From Myxococcota bacterium (GTDB lineage Bacteria > Myxococcota_A > UBA9042 > PHBI01 > JAWLBL01), in the NCBI GenBank assembly GCA_041687695.1, contig JAWLBL010000004.1:224001-288000 (forward strand): a stretch of 64,000 bases of DNA, read 5' to 3'. Every line of letters begins with the position of its first letter. Within the stretch, counting starts at the first letter, position 1. The position numbers were made by a program, and so were the translations under genes. Shown here one piece after another: positions 43,505 through 52,593 of this stretch. The notes beneath the pieces were generated by a model. It ran no database searches. It was not told where the DNA came from and was given only the letters and a program-made list of their open reading frames with translations.

Positions 43505-44377
43505 GTGACACCGGCCGTCCCGCCGCCCTTCCGGCTGCCGGACGGCCGGTCCCTCACCTTCGACCGCGTCCGGGTGATGGGGGTCCTCAACGTGACCCCC
43601 GACTCCTTCTCCGACGGCGGTCGGTTCCTCGACGTCGACGCCGCCCTGCGCCAGGCCGAGCGCTTGATCGCGGGTGGCGCCCACCTGCTGGACGTGGGCG
43701 GCGAGTCGACGCGCCCCGGCAGCGACCCCGTCCCGGCCGAGGTGCAGCGCGCGCGCGTCGTCCCGGTCATCGAGGCCGTGACGCGTCGCTTCGAGGCGCC
43801 GGTCTCGGTGGACACCACGTCGGCCGAGGTGGCGGCCGCCGCCCTCGACGCCGGGGCGGCCATCGTGAACGACATCAGCGCCTTCCGCTTCGACCCGGCC
43901 ATGCTGGCCCTCCTCGCGCGGACCGGCGCCCCCGCCTTCGCGATGCACACCCTGGCCGAGCCGAGGGTGATGCAGCGAGACCCTCGCTACGGCGACGTCG
44001 TCGCCGAGGTGAAGCAGCACCTGGCGCAGCGGGTCGAGGCCTGCCGCGCGGCGGGCGTGTCGCCGGCGCAGATCGGACTCGATCCCGGCATCGGGTTCGG
44101 CAAGACCGTGGCGCACAACCTGGCGCTGCTGCGCGAGCTGCCCCAGCTGGTCGCCCTCGGCCACCCGGTGCTGGTCGGCACCAGCCGCAAGGGCTTTCTG
44201 GGCGCCCTGACCGGCCGCGCCGTGGGCGAGCGCCTCGCCGCGACCGCCGCGTCCGTCGCCGCCAGCGTCGTCCTCGGCGCTCACGTGGTCCGCGTCCACG
44301 ACGTCGCCGAGCTGCGCGACACCCTCATCGTCGCCGACGCCATCGCGCACGGCCCGCCACCCGAGGCCCTGCATTGA
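43505..44377 (+). CDS. folP: Dihydropteroate synthase
   Basis: MGVLNVTPDSFSDGG, GGESTRPG, DPGIGFGK, GTSRK, RVHDV. Confidence 0.96.
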   Translation: MTPAVPPPFRLPDGRSLTFDRVRVMGVLNVTPDSFSDGGRFLDVDAALRQAERLIAGGAHLLDVGGESTRPGSDPVPAEVQRARVVPVIEAVTRRFEAPVSVDTTSAEVAAAALDAGAAIVNDISAFRFDPAMLALLARTGAPAFAMHTLAEPRVMQRDPRYGDVVAEVKQHLAQRVEACRAAGVSPAQIGLDPGIGFGKTVAHNLALLRELPQLVALGHPVLVGTSRKGFLGALTGRAVGERLAATAASVAASVVLGAHVVRVHDVAELRDTLIVADAIAHGPPPEALH

Positions 44378-44402
44378 CGCCCCCGGCTGGCTTGCGTAGC
44401 GT
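44374..44402 (+). promoter_or_regulatory. Putative sigma70 promoter for glmM-nnr
   Basis: TTGACG-17nt-TAGCGT. Confidence 0.4.
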
Positions 44403-44465
44403 CAGCCCCCCTCGCCGGTCCCGCCGCACGGCGCGACCGGTCGAAGTCTGCTCCGGAGTCCCGGC

Positions 44466-45845
44466 ATGAGCGATTCGAACGCCCGCAAGCTCTTCGGCAC
44501 CGACGGCATCCGCGGCCGCGCCAACGAGCACCCCATGACGCCCGAGGTGGCCCTGCAGCTCGGCCGGGCCGTCGCGCACGTCTTCAAGGGGCAGCACCCG
44601 CGGCCGCGCATCGTCATCGGCAAGGACACGCGGCTGTCGAACTACATGTTCGAGACGGCCCTGCAGGCCGGCATCTGCTCGATGGGCGTCGACGCCGTGC
44701 AGCTCGGCGTCCTGCCGACGCCCGGCATCGCCTTCACGACGACGGGCATGCGCGCCGACGCGGGCGTGGTCATCTCGGCCTCGCACAACGCCTACGACGA
44801 CAACGGCATCAAGTTCTTCGCCGCCGACGGCTACAAGCTGCCCGACTCGGTCGAGCTCGAGATCGAGCGCCTCATCGAGGGCGGCCAGCTCGACCAGTAC
44901 CGCGCCATGGGCCGGGACGTCGGCCGCGCCTACCGCATCGAGGACGCCGCCGGCCGGTACGCCGTCTTCCTCAAGAGCACGCTGCCGCGCAACCTGCACC
45001 TCAACGGCCTCAAGGTGGTGGTCGACTGCGCCAACGGCGCGGCCTACCGCGTCGCGCCCGAGGTCCTGTACGAGCTGGGCGCCGAGGTCATCTCGGTCGG
45101 GTGCGATCCGGACGGCACGAACATCAACGAGGGCGTCGGCGCCCTGCACCCCGAGAACATGGCCGCCAAGGTGCGCGAGGTCGGGGCCGACCTCGGCATC
45201 GCCCTCGACGGCGACGCCGACCGCGTCATCCTGTGCGACGAGACCGGCGCGGTGGTCGACGGCGATCACATCCTGGCCATCCTGGCGCGCGACATGATGG
45301 CGCGGCAGTCGCTCAAGCACGGCACGGTCGTGGCGACCGTCATGAGCAACCTCGGGCTCGAGCGCGCGCTCGACAGCTTCGGCGCCCGGCTCGAGCGCAC
45401 GGACGTCGGTGACCGCTACGTCGTCGAGCGCATGCGCGAGGGCGGCTTCAACCTGGGCGGCGAGCAGTCGGGCCATCTCTTGCTGCTCGACCACACGACG
45501 ACCGGAGACGGCCTCGTCTCGGCGCTTCAGGTCCTGCGGGTCATGCTCGAGCAGCAGATCCCGCTGTCGCGCCTGGCCAAGGCGATGCGGCCGGTCCCGC
45601 AGGTGCTCCGCAACCTGCGCGTGTCGAAGAAGCCCCCCATCGACTCGCTGGACCGGTCGTCGCGGATCATCGACCAGGTCACCCGCGAGCTCGGCAAAGA
45701 CGGCCGCGTGCTGGTCCGCTACTCGGGCACCGAGCAGAAGTGCCGGGTGATGATCGAGGGGGACAGCGAGGGGCGCATCTGCGAGCTGGCCGACGGCATC
45801 GTCGAGGCGCTCGAGGCCGAGATCGGCCACGACCTGCCCAACTGA
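44466..45845 (+). CDS. glmM: Phosphoglucosamine mutase
   Basis: FGTDGIRG, GKDTRLS, VISASHN, DGDADR, GGEQSGH, RYSGTE. Confidence 0.97.
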   Translation: MSDSNARKLFGTDGIRGRANEHPMTPEVALQLGRAVAHVFKGQHPRPRIVIGKDTRLSNYMFETALQAGICSMGVDAVQLGVLPTPGIAFTTTGMRADAGVVISASHNAYDDNGIKFFAADGYKLPDSVELEIERLIEGGQLDQYRAMGRDVGRAYRIEDAAGRYAVFLKSTLPRNLHLNGLKVVVDCANGAAYRVAPEVLYELGAEVISVGCDPDGTNINEGVGALHPENMAAKVREVGADLGIALDGDADRVILCDETGAVVDGDHILAILARDMMARQSLKHGTVVATVMSNLGLERALDSFGARLERTDVGDRYVVERMREGGFNLGGEQSGHLLLLDHTTTGDGLVSALQVLRVMLEQQIPLSRLAKAMRPVPQVLRNLRVSKKPPIDSLDRSSRIIDQVTRELGKDGRVLVRYSGTEQKCRVMIEGDSEGRICELADGIVEALEAEIGHDLPN

Positions 45846-45855
45846 GGCCCGGCGG

Positions 45856-47394
45856 ATGCGCGGCGCCGGCCCGACCGACGAGTGCGGCCTCGCGTGGGTC
45901 GCGCGCGCGGCCGAGATCCGCGAGATGGACCGGCGCGCCATCGAGGAGGTCGGACTCCCCGGGCGCGTCCTGATGGAGCTGGCCGGCGCCGGCACGGCCC
46001 AGCGCATCATGGACCGGCTGGGCGGACGACCCGGGCGCGCCCTCGTCCTGTGCGGCCGCGGCAACAACGCCGGTGACGGCTACGTCATCGCGCGCCACCT
46101 CTCGGACGCCGGCTGGACGGTGCGCTGCATCGCGGCCTTCGACCCCGAGGGGCTGACCGGCGACGCAGCCGCCAACCATGCGCTGTTCGTCGCCCTGGGT
46201 GGCGAGGTGCGGCGCCTGCGGGATCGGCCGCCGACCGCGCGAATGGCCAACTGGCTGAGCCACGCCGACGTCATCGTGGACGCGCTGTTCGGCACGGGCC
46301 TCACCCGTCCCCTCGAGGGCGCGCTGGTCGAGCTGGTCGAGGCCGCGAACGAGGCGCGCCACGCCCTGCGGGTCGCGGTCGACATCCCGAGCGGCGTCCA
46401 GGCGGACACGGGCGCGGTCCTGGGCGCCGCCTTCGAGGCCCACGTCACGATGACCTATGGCCTGCCCAAGCCCGGTCAGCTGCTGCACCCCGGCGCGGGC
46501 CTCACGGGCGAGCTGCAGACCGTCGCCATCGGCCTGCCGCGCTCGGTCATCGAGGCCGTGGGTGCCTCGGTGCGGGCCTCCAGCGACGCGGCCGCCGCAC
46601 GCCGGCTGCCGGCGCGCCCGGCCGACGCCCACAAGGGCACCTTCGGTCACGTCGCCGTCGTCGGAGGCTCGTCCGGCAAGGAGGGCGCCGCGCTGCTGGC
46701 CGCGCGAGGCGCCCTGCGGGGCGGGGCGGGCCTCGTCACCTGGAACCACGGCGCCGGCGCGCTCACGACGCTGCGCCCGGCCGAGCTGATGACCCACCCG
46801 CTCGACCAGGGAGCGCTCGACCCGCGGTCGGACGTCCTGGTCGTCGGCCCGGGCCTGGGCCAGGACGCGGCGGCCCTGACGGCGCTGAAGCTCGCGTTGG
46901 CCAGCGGCCGCGCGCTGGTCCTCGACGCCGACGCCCTCAACCTGCTGGCCTCCGATCCGACGCTCGGCGTGCCCGAGGCGGCCGTCTTGACCCCGCACCC
47001 GGCCGAAGCCGCGCGGCTGCTGGGCTGCGCGACCTCCGACGTCCAGTCGGACCGCCTCGACGCGGCCCTCAGACTCGTCGCGCGCTACCGATGCACCGTC
47101 GTGCTCAAGGGCGCGGCTTCCGTCGTCGCCTCTCCGGATCGGCCGCAGGTCATCGTCCCGGTGGGGGACGCCGCCCTGGCCACCGGCGGCACCGGCGACG
47201 TGCTGGCCGGCTTCATCGGCGCGCTGCGCGCCCAGGGCCTCGACCCCCACGAAGCGGCCTGGGTCGGCGCCCACCTGCACGCGCTGGCGGGCGCGCGGCT
47301 GGGGCGGGAGGTCGGCCACGCCGGCGTGCTGGCGGGCGAGGTGGCGGACGCCCTGCCGCCGGTGATGACGGAGCTGCGGCGCGGCTGGACCTGA
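45856..47394 (+). CDS. nnr: Bifunctional NAD(P)H-hydrate epimerase/dehydratase (YjeF/Nnr)
   Basis: LMELAG, GRGNNAGDG, DALFGTG, DIPSG, HKGTFG, GPGLG, LDADAL, TPHPAE, GGTGDVLAG. Confidence 0.93.
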   Translation: MRGAGPTDECGLAWVARAAEIREMDRRAIEEVGLPGRVLMELAGAGTAQRIMDRLGGRPGRALVLCGRGNNAGDGYVIARHLSDAGWTVRCIAAFDPEGLTGDAAANHALFVALGGEVRRLRDRPPTARMANWLSHADVIVDALFGTGLTRPLEGALVELVEAANEARHALRVAVDIPSGVQADTGAVLGAAFEAHVTMTYGLPKPGQLLHPGAGLTGELQTVAIGLPRSVIEAVGASVRASSDAAAARRLPARPADAHKGTFGHVAVVGGSSGKEGAALLAARGALRGGAGLVTWNHGAGALTTLRPAELMTHPLDQGALDPRSDVLVVGPGLGQDAAALTALKLALASGRALVLDADALNLLASDPTLGVPEAAVLTPHPAEAARLLGCATSDVQSDRLDAALRLVARYRCTVVLKGAASVVASPDRPQVIVPVGDAALATGGTGDVLAGFIGALRAQGLDPHEAAWVGAHLHALAGARLGREVGHAGVLAGEVADALPPVMTELRRGWT

Positions 47395-47463
47395 GCCCCG
47401 GCGCCTCGCGTGCGCTCGTGAGGGAGCGGCGCCTCGGCGTCCGAGGGAGCGGCCGTCGGCGCG

Positions 47464-48780
47464 TCAGTCCTCGATGAGGTGCAGCTCGATCCGGTCGTTC
47501 TTGGCCCGCCCCGCCTTCGAGCGGTTGCTGGCGACCGGCTGATCGGGGCCCAGGCCCACGGCCCGCAGGCGGCGCGGATCCACGCCGAGCTTGACCAGCT
47601 GGCTGACCACGGCCTGCGCGCGCTCGGCGCTGAGCGCATAGCGGCGCTGCTTGGGCCCGCGGTCGTCGGTGTGCGACTGGACCTCGACGCGCAGGTAGGG
47701 GTGCTGTTGCAGCAGATCCGCGACGCGCGACAGCACGGCCAGCGACTGCGGCAGCAGCGTCGCCTTGTCGGGGGCGAACACGACGCCCTCGACCACCCCG
47801 CTGAACATCTCTCGCACCTTGTCGGGCGGCTGCGGGCACCCCTGCCGGTCGGGCGTGCCCTTGAGCTGCGGGCACGCGTCCTGCCCGTCGGGGATGCCGT
47901 CGTCGTCGGAGTCGGGGCAGCCGGCGAAGCGCTCGATGCCCGAGAGCGTGGGGCACGAGTCCACGGTGTCGGGGATGCCGTCGCCGTCGGTGTCGGGGCA
48001 GCCGTGGAAGGCGGGAAGGCCCGAGCTGTCCGGGCAGGCGTCCTTGGGGTCCGGGGTGCCATCGCCGTCGGTGTCGGGGCACCCGTCGTAGATGGCCAGG
48101 CCGGGCAGGTCAGGGCACGCGTCCCGCGCGTCCACGACCCCGTCGCCGTCGGCGTCGGCGCGCGTGGCTGGGCCCGCTTCGGCGGCGCCTCCGACCGCGG
48201 TGTAGACGTCCACGCCCAGGTTGAACGCGACGTTCGCGGCCATCACGCCCTCGACCGCGTCGCTGAACGTTCCTCGGACCTCGGCCCGCAGGCCGAGGCG
48301 CTCGGCCGCGAAGCGCCACCGGCCGCCCAGCGCCAGCGTCAGCAGGAAGTCCGTGTCGTTGCCCATCCCGTCGGAGATCAGCGTCTGCATCCCGGCCCCA
48401 GCGGCCACGAAGGGGCGCAGCTCGGTCCGGGTCAGGTCGATCACCAGGTCGGCGTGGACGGGCAGGATGAGCCCGGACTCGAGGCCGTCGACGGACGAGA
48501 CCGGCACCAGCGACAGCGCCAGCTCGACCCCCAGCGGGTCCGAGAGCCGGTAGCCGGCGCGGAGCCCGAGCACCGGGCCGTGGTCGAGCTGCAGCGGGCG
48601 CGTCCGATACCCCATCAGGTCCAGGTCGGCGGAGTTGAGCTGGAACCCGCCGACGATCCCGAAGTGCAGCGGCCGGCTGACCTCACTCGATGTCGCGGTC
48701 GCTTGCGCCTCGGGCCCTTGGGCGAGGGCAGGGGAGTGCGGCCATGAGCACACGACCAGGCCCATCGCGGCCAGGAGCAT
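47464..48780 (-). CDS. OmpA-family protein: N-terminal beta-barrel, four TSP3-like Ca-binding repeats, C-terminal peptidoglycan-binding domain
   Basis: DxDGDG..D..D.CP repeats x4; HTDDRG, LSAERAQAV, G.G.DQP, NDRIE; start uncertain. Confidence 0.88.
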   Translation of the reverse strand: MLLAAMGLVVCSWPHSPALAQGPEAQATATSSEVSRPLHFGIVGGFQLNSADLDLMGYRTRPLQLDHGPVLGLRAGYRLSDPLGVELALSLVPVSSVDGLESGLILPVHADLVIDLTRTELRPFVAAGAGMQTLISDGMGNDTDFLLTLALGGRWRFAAERLGLRAEVRGTFSDAVEGVMAANVAFNLGVDVYTAVGGAAEAGPATRADADGDGVVDARDACPDLPGLAIYDGCPDTDGDGTPDPKDACPDSSGLPAFHGCPDTDGDGIPDTVDSCPTLSGIERFAGCPDSDDDGIPDGQDACPQLKGTPDRQGCPQPPDKVREMFSGVVEGVVFAPDKATLLPQSLAVLSRVADLLQQHPYLRVEVQSHTDDRGPKQRRYALSAERAQAVVSQLVKLGVDPRRLRAVGLGPDQPVASNRSKAGRAKNDRIELHLIED

Positions 48781-49077
48781 CCGCGCTGGCCCACGGGCGC
48801 GGGAACCGTAGCCCTCACGCGCGAGCGCGGGGCCGCATCCCGCCATGTCTACGGTAGGGCGGCTGTGGGCGTGGCGAGGTGGCGTCGCGGGGCGGGACGA
48901 CGGGCGCAGGCGCATTCGGGACCGTTCTCCGCCAGCGACGAGGGAGCTGGGACGGGTCGTTCCGCGCCTCGGGCGACGCGGCGTGTCCGTCGCAGGTCTG
49001 GGGTTCGGGGGTTGGCCGGCCGACTCGCGGCGAGGCGCGTCAGCCTGCTCGTAGAGGGGGTGGGGGAAGGCGCCGAA

Positions 49078-49242
49078 TCACATCTCGATGATGATGACGC
49101 GGCTGGGCTCCTCGTCCTCGCATACGTCCTCGGAGACCATCGGCTCCCAAGGCATGTACTCGAAGGGCGAAGGAGCCTCGAGGAACGGACGCTCGTCGCG
49201 TCGAGCACCGTCATCGGTGGGGATCCAGAAGCCGTCACGCAT
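49078..49242 (-). CDS. Small acidic protein (54 aa), absent from the ORF track
   Basis: MRDGFWIPTDDGARRDERPFLEAPSPFEYMPWEPMVSEDVCEDEEPSRVIIIEM*; strong GAAGGAG RBS; TTGATC-17-TAGAGT promoter upstream. Confidence 0.65.
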   Translation of the reverse strand: MRDGFWIPTDDGARRDERPFLEAPSPFEYMPWEPMVSEDVCEDEEPSRVIIIEM

Positions 49243-49286
49243 GGCCTTCTCCTTCGCTTGGGCCCTGCGAGGCAGGGCACGCGCTC

Positions 49287-49315
49287 ACTCTAACAACCGC
49301 TCCGGAGCGGATCAA
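49287..49315 (-). promoter_or_regulatory. Putative sigma70 promoter with a palindromic operator in the spacer
   Basis: TTGATC-17nt-TAGAGT; perfect palindrome CCGCTCCGGAGCGG at 49297-49310. Confidence 0.45.
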
Positions 49316-49487
49316 GGCAGCCGTTCTCGAGGAACACGGAGCCGAGCCGCTGCCGTTCCGAGTGTTAGGAACGGACGGCCGGAGGGCTTTATTCGCGCTG
49401 GGAAGGAAAGGCGTGTGAAAGCGGTGCGTTAGGTCTCTGCTCGCCCAGCCGGTGGGCCGGGCGCTGCGTCCCTGGGGCCGGTCGGGC

Positions 49488-49517
49488 CGGCCTCGGCGGC
49501 GTGACTCGCCGAGGCCG
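49488..49517 (-). terminator. Hairpin downstream of rpsA
   Basis: 11-bp stem cggcctcggcg/cgccgaggccg with 8-nt loop; no clear U-tract. Confidence 0.45.
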
Positions 49518-49534
49518 ACCTCCCCGGGGCGGGA

Positions 49535-51352
49535 CTACTCGTCGCTGTCGGTCTCGACCTCGCTCTCGTCGCCCTCCTCGTCCTTCGGGCCCTCGGGCAG
49601 CGAAGTCGAGTCGAACTTGGAGAACTGCTTCGCGAAGACGTCACCGAGCGTGGTGGTCTGCTCGGCGCGCTGCTTCTTGAGGTACTCGCTGTACTCCTCG
49701 GAAGCCTCCTCCTCGCTCAGGCGCTTCATCGACAGGCCGATCTTGCGCTCCTCGGGGATGAGGCTGATGACCTTGGCGCGGACCGTGTCGTTCTCGCGGA
49801 CGACGTCCGTCACCGAGCCCACCTTGTCGTAGCTCAGCTCGGAGATGTGGATGAGGCCCTCGATGGCCTCGTCGATCTCCACGATGGCGCCGAAGTCGAG
49901 CACCTTCGTGACCAGGCCCTCGACGACGGTGCCCAGCGGGTACTTGTCCTCGACGATCTCCCACGGGTCGCGGGTGAGCTGCTTGACGCCCAGGCTGAAG
50001 CGCTCCTTCTCGACGTCGATGTGCAGCACCACGGCCTCGATCTCGTCACCCTTCTGGAAGACCTCCTGGGGGTGCTTGATCTTGTTCGACCAGCTCAGGT
50101 CGGACACGTGGATGAGGCCGTCGATGCCCTCCTCGATGCCGATGAACAGGCCGAAGTTCGTGATGTTGCGGATCTTGCCGCGGACGACCGAGCCGACCGG
50201 GTAGCGCTCCTGGAGCAGCTCCCACGGGTTGGTCTCGATCTGCTTCATGCCCAGCGAGATGCGCTTGTTCTCGGTGTCGATGTCGAGGATGACGGTCTCG
50301 ACGATGTCACCGATGCTGACGACCTTGGACGGGTGCTTGACCCGCTTGGTCCAGCTCATCTCGGAGATGTGGATGAGGCCCTCGATGCCGTCCTCGAGCT
50401 CCACGAAGGCGCCGTAGTCGGTGAGGCTGACCACCTTGCCCTTGACGCGATCGCCGACGTGGTACTTGTCGGCCACCGACGCCCACGGGTCCTCGGAGAC
50501 CTGCTTGAGGCCCAGGCTGACGCGCTCGGTCTTCGGGTCGAACTTGAGGACCATCACCTCGACCTCGTCGCCCACCTCGAACATCTCGCTCGGGTGGTTG
50601 ACGCGGCCCCAGCTCATGTCCGTGATGTGGAGCAGGCCGTCGATGCCGCCGAGATCCACGAAGCAGCCGTAGTCGGTGATGTTCTTGACGATGCCCTTCA
50701 TCGTCATGCCGACCTCGAGCTTCTCGAGCGTGGCCGTCTTGAGGGCCGCACGCTCCTTCTCGAGGAGGGCGCGCCGGCTCAGCACGATGTTGCCGCGGCG
50801 CTTGTTGAACTTGATGACCTTGAACTGGTAGGTCTCGCCGATGTACTTCTCGAGGTTCCGCACCGGGCGCAGGTCGACCTGCGAGCCGGGCAGGAACGCC
50901 TTGACGCCGATGTCGACGGTCAGGCCGCCCTTGACGCGCCCCTGGATCGTGCCCTCGACGAGCTCGTCGCGCTCGACCGCCTCGTTGATCTGGTCCCAGA
51001 TCTTGAGCTTGTCGGCCTTCTCCTTGGAGAGCTCGACCTGGCCGTGCTCGTTCTCCTGGGACTCGAGGTAGACGTCGACGGTGTCACCGACGGCGATGGT
51101 CACGCCCTCGGGGCCGACGAACTCCTCGATCGGCACCTGTCCCTCGGACTTGTAGCCGATGTCGATCGTCACGTAGTCCTTCGTGACGTCGATGACGGTT
51201 CCCTTGACGATCTCGCCTTCGCGAGCGCCTTGCTTCTGCTCGTACTCCTCGAGGAGCTGCTCGAAGTTCTCGAAGTCGTCCGGCAGCTTGGTCCCCGAAG
51301 CGGGGCTTGCGTGTTCCACGTTGTATCCAGAAACGGTTGAGGGTGGCGTCAA
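49535..51352 (-). CDS. rpsA: 30S ribosomal protein S1
   Basis: Six S1 domains (DIGYKSEG, AFLPGSQVD, DGLLHITDMSW, EGLIHISEMSW…); start codon uncertain. Confidence 0.97.
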   Translation of the reverse strand: MTPPSTVSGYNVEHASPASGTKLPDDFENFEQLLEEYEQKQGAREGEIVKGTVIDVTKDYVTIDIGYKSEGQVPIEEFVGPEGVTIAVGDTVDVYLESQENEHGQVELSKEKADKLKIWDQINEAVERDELVEGTIQGRVKGGLTVDIGVKAFLPGSQVDLRPVRNLEKYIGETYQFKVIKFNKRRGNIVLSRRALLEKERAALKTATLEKLEVGMTMKGIVKNITDYGCFVDLGGIDGLLHITDMSWGRVNHPSEMFEVGDEVEVMVLKFDPKTERVSLGLKQVSEDPWASVADKYHVGDRVKGKVVSLTDYGAFVELEDGIEGLIHISEMSWTKRVKHPSKVVSIGDIVETVILDIDTENKRISLGMKQIETNPWELLQERYPVGSVVRGKIRNITNFGLFIGIEEGIDGLIHVSDLSWSNKIKHPQEVFQKGDEIEAVVLHIDVEKERFSLGVKQLTRDPWEIVEDKYPLGTVVEGLVTKVLDFGAIVEIDEAIEGLIHISELSYDKVGSVTDVVRENDTVRAKVISLIPEERKIGLSMKRLSEEEASEEYSEYLKKQRAEQTTTLGDVFAKQFSKFDSTSLPEGPKDEEGDESEVETDSDE

Positions 51353-51404
51353 TGCTTGTCAAAACCAGGCGTTACCGAAAAGCGCCGGTCGACAGCGGCG
51401 GCGG

Positions 51405-51433
51405 ACCATACGCGCGCGGTTAGGCGTTGTCAA
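51405..51433 (-). promoter_or_regulatory. Putative sigma70 promoter of rpsA
   Basis: TTGACA-17nt-TATGGT on minus strand. Confidence 0.65.
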
Positions 51434-51686
51434 CGCGGCGTCCGCCTACGGTGCGCTTCGGGGTTCGCGCGCGCGAGGGGACCGCATCGTACGTCGGCGG
51501 CGTCGCGGGCCGGAGCCCCGAGGCGCATGCACGGGCCGGTGGAGGCGCGCGCGGCGAGGGGCGGCGCTGGAGTGCACGGACATTGCATGGGGCAGGGGCC
51601 TATGCTAACCCCGGGCCATCACGCGTCATCTCTTCACGAGGCCTCGTCCGAGGCTCGAGAGCCCCCCAGGCATGGAGGTCCCATCC

Positions 51687-52343
51687 ATGACAATCGACCC
51701 CAACCGCCGCGCCTTCCCCCCGATTCCCGCGGCGCCCCTGTTCGGTGACCCCGGCCTGCGCAACGCGGGCGAGGAAGGCAGCCCGCCGGTCAAGCAGCTG
51801 GCCATGGAGCGCCTCCTCAAGACCCGCACCATCCAGCTCTTCGGCCCGGTCAACCAGAAGCTCGCCGAGAACATCATCTCGGCCCTGCTCCTGCTCGAGG
51901 CCGAGGACCCCAGCAAGCCCATCACCGTCGTCCAGAACAGCCCCGGCGGCTCGGTCAGCGACGGCTTCGCGATCTACGACACCATGCGGTTCGTCAAGCC
52001 CGAGGTGCGGGTCGTCTGCGTCGGCCTCACGGCCTCCATCGCGACCATCACCCTCCTCGGCGCCAAGAAGGAAAACCGCGTCTCCCTGCCGAACACGCGC
52101 TTCCTCATCCACCAGCCGCTCATCAGCGGCCACGTCTTCGGCCCCGCCAGCGACCTCGAGATCACCGCGCAGGAGATCATCAAGACGCGCGACAAGATCA
52201 ACGAGATGCTCTCCGAGGCCACCGGCCAGCCGCTCGAGCGCGTCGCGCGCGACACCCAGCGCGACTACTGGCTCGACGCGAAGACCGCCCTCGAGTACGG
52301 CCTCATCTCCCGCATCGTGACCGATCGCGGCGAGCTCGATTGA
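51687..52343 (+). CDS. clpP: ATP-dependent Clp protease proteolytic subunit
   Basis: NSPGGSV, GLTASI (Ser), IHQP (His), RDYW (Asp), EYGLI; GGAGGT RBS. Confidence 0.92.
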   Translation: MTIDPNRRAFPPIPAAPLFGDPGLRNAGEEGSPPVKQLAMERLLKTRTIQLFGPVNQKLAENIISALLLLEAEDPSKPITVVQNSPGGSVSDGFAIYDTMRFVKPEVRVVCVGLTASIATITLLGAKKENRVSLPNTRFLIHQPLISGHVFGPASDLEITAQEIIKTRDKINEMLSEATGQPLERVARDTQRDYWLDAKTALEYGLISRIVTDRGELD

Positions 52344-52390
52344 ACCCGTAGGAGCAGGCGCCCGCCGCCGCGTCGTGGACCGCCCGCGAC

Positions 52391-52506
52391 GCGTTCGGCG
52401 GCTTCGCCACGCATGGCGTTCGGCGGCGTCGCCCCGCATGGCGTTCGGCGGCGTCGCCCCGCATGGCGTTCGGCGGCGTCGCGCCGCGCAGCTTTCGGCG
52501 GGCGTC
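52391..52506. repeat. 25-bp tandem repeat x~4.6
   Basis: gcgttcggcggcgtcgccccgcatg units at 52391, 52416, 52441, 52466 and a partial copy at 52491. Confidence 0.9.
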
Positions 52507-52593
52507 CAGACGGCAGGCATCCGGAGGGCGTTGCCTTGGCCCGGGCCCGACGGGTAGGGTGGGCGCGAACCCTCTCCGCCTCCGGGAGCCTCG

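Noticed and set aside
49290..49480. 6S or other ncRNA in the lower-GC gap after rpsA
   Set aside because: Only short hairpins are visible, with no recognisable family consensus; cannot be supported without a covariance search
51687..52343. Inactive ClpR-like subunit
   Set aside because: The Ser-His-Asp triad motifs are all present
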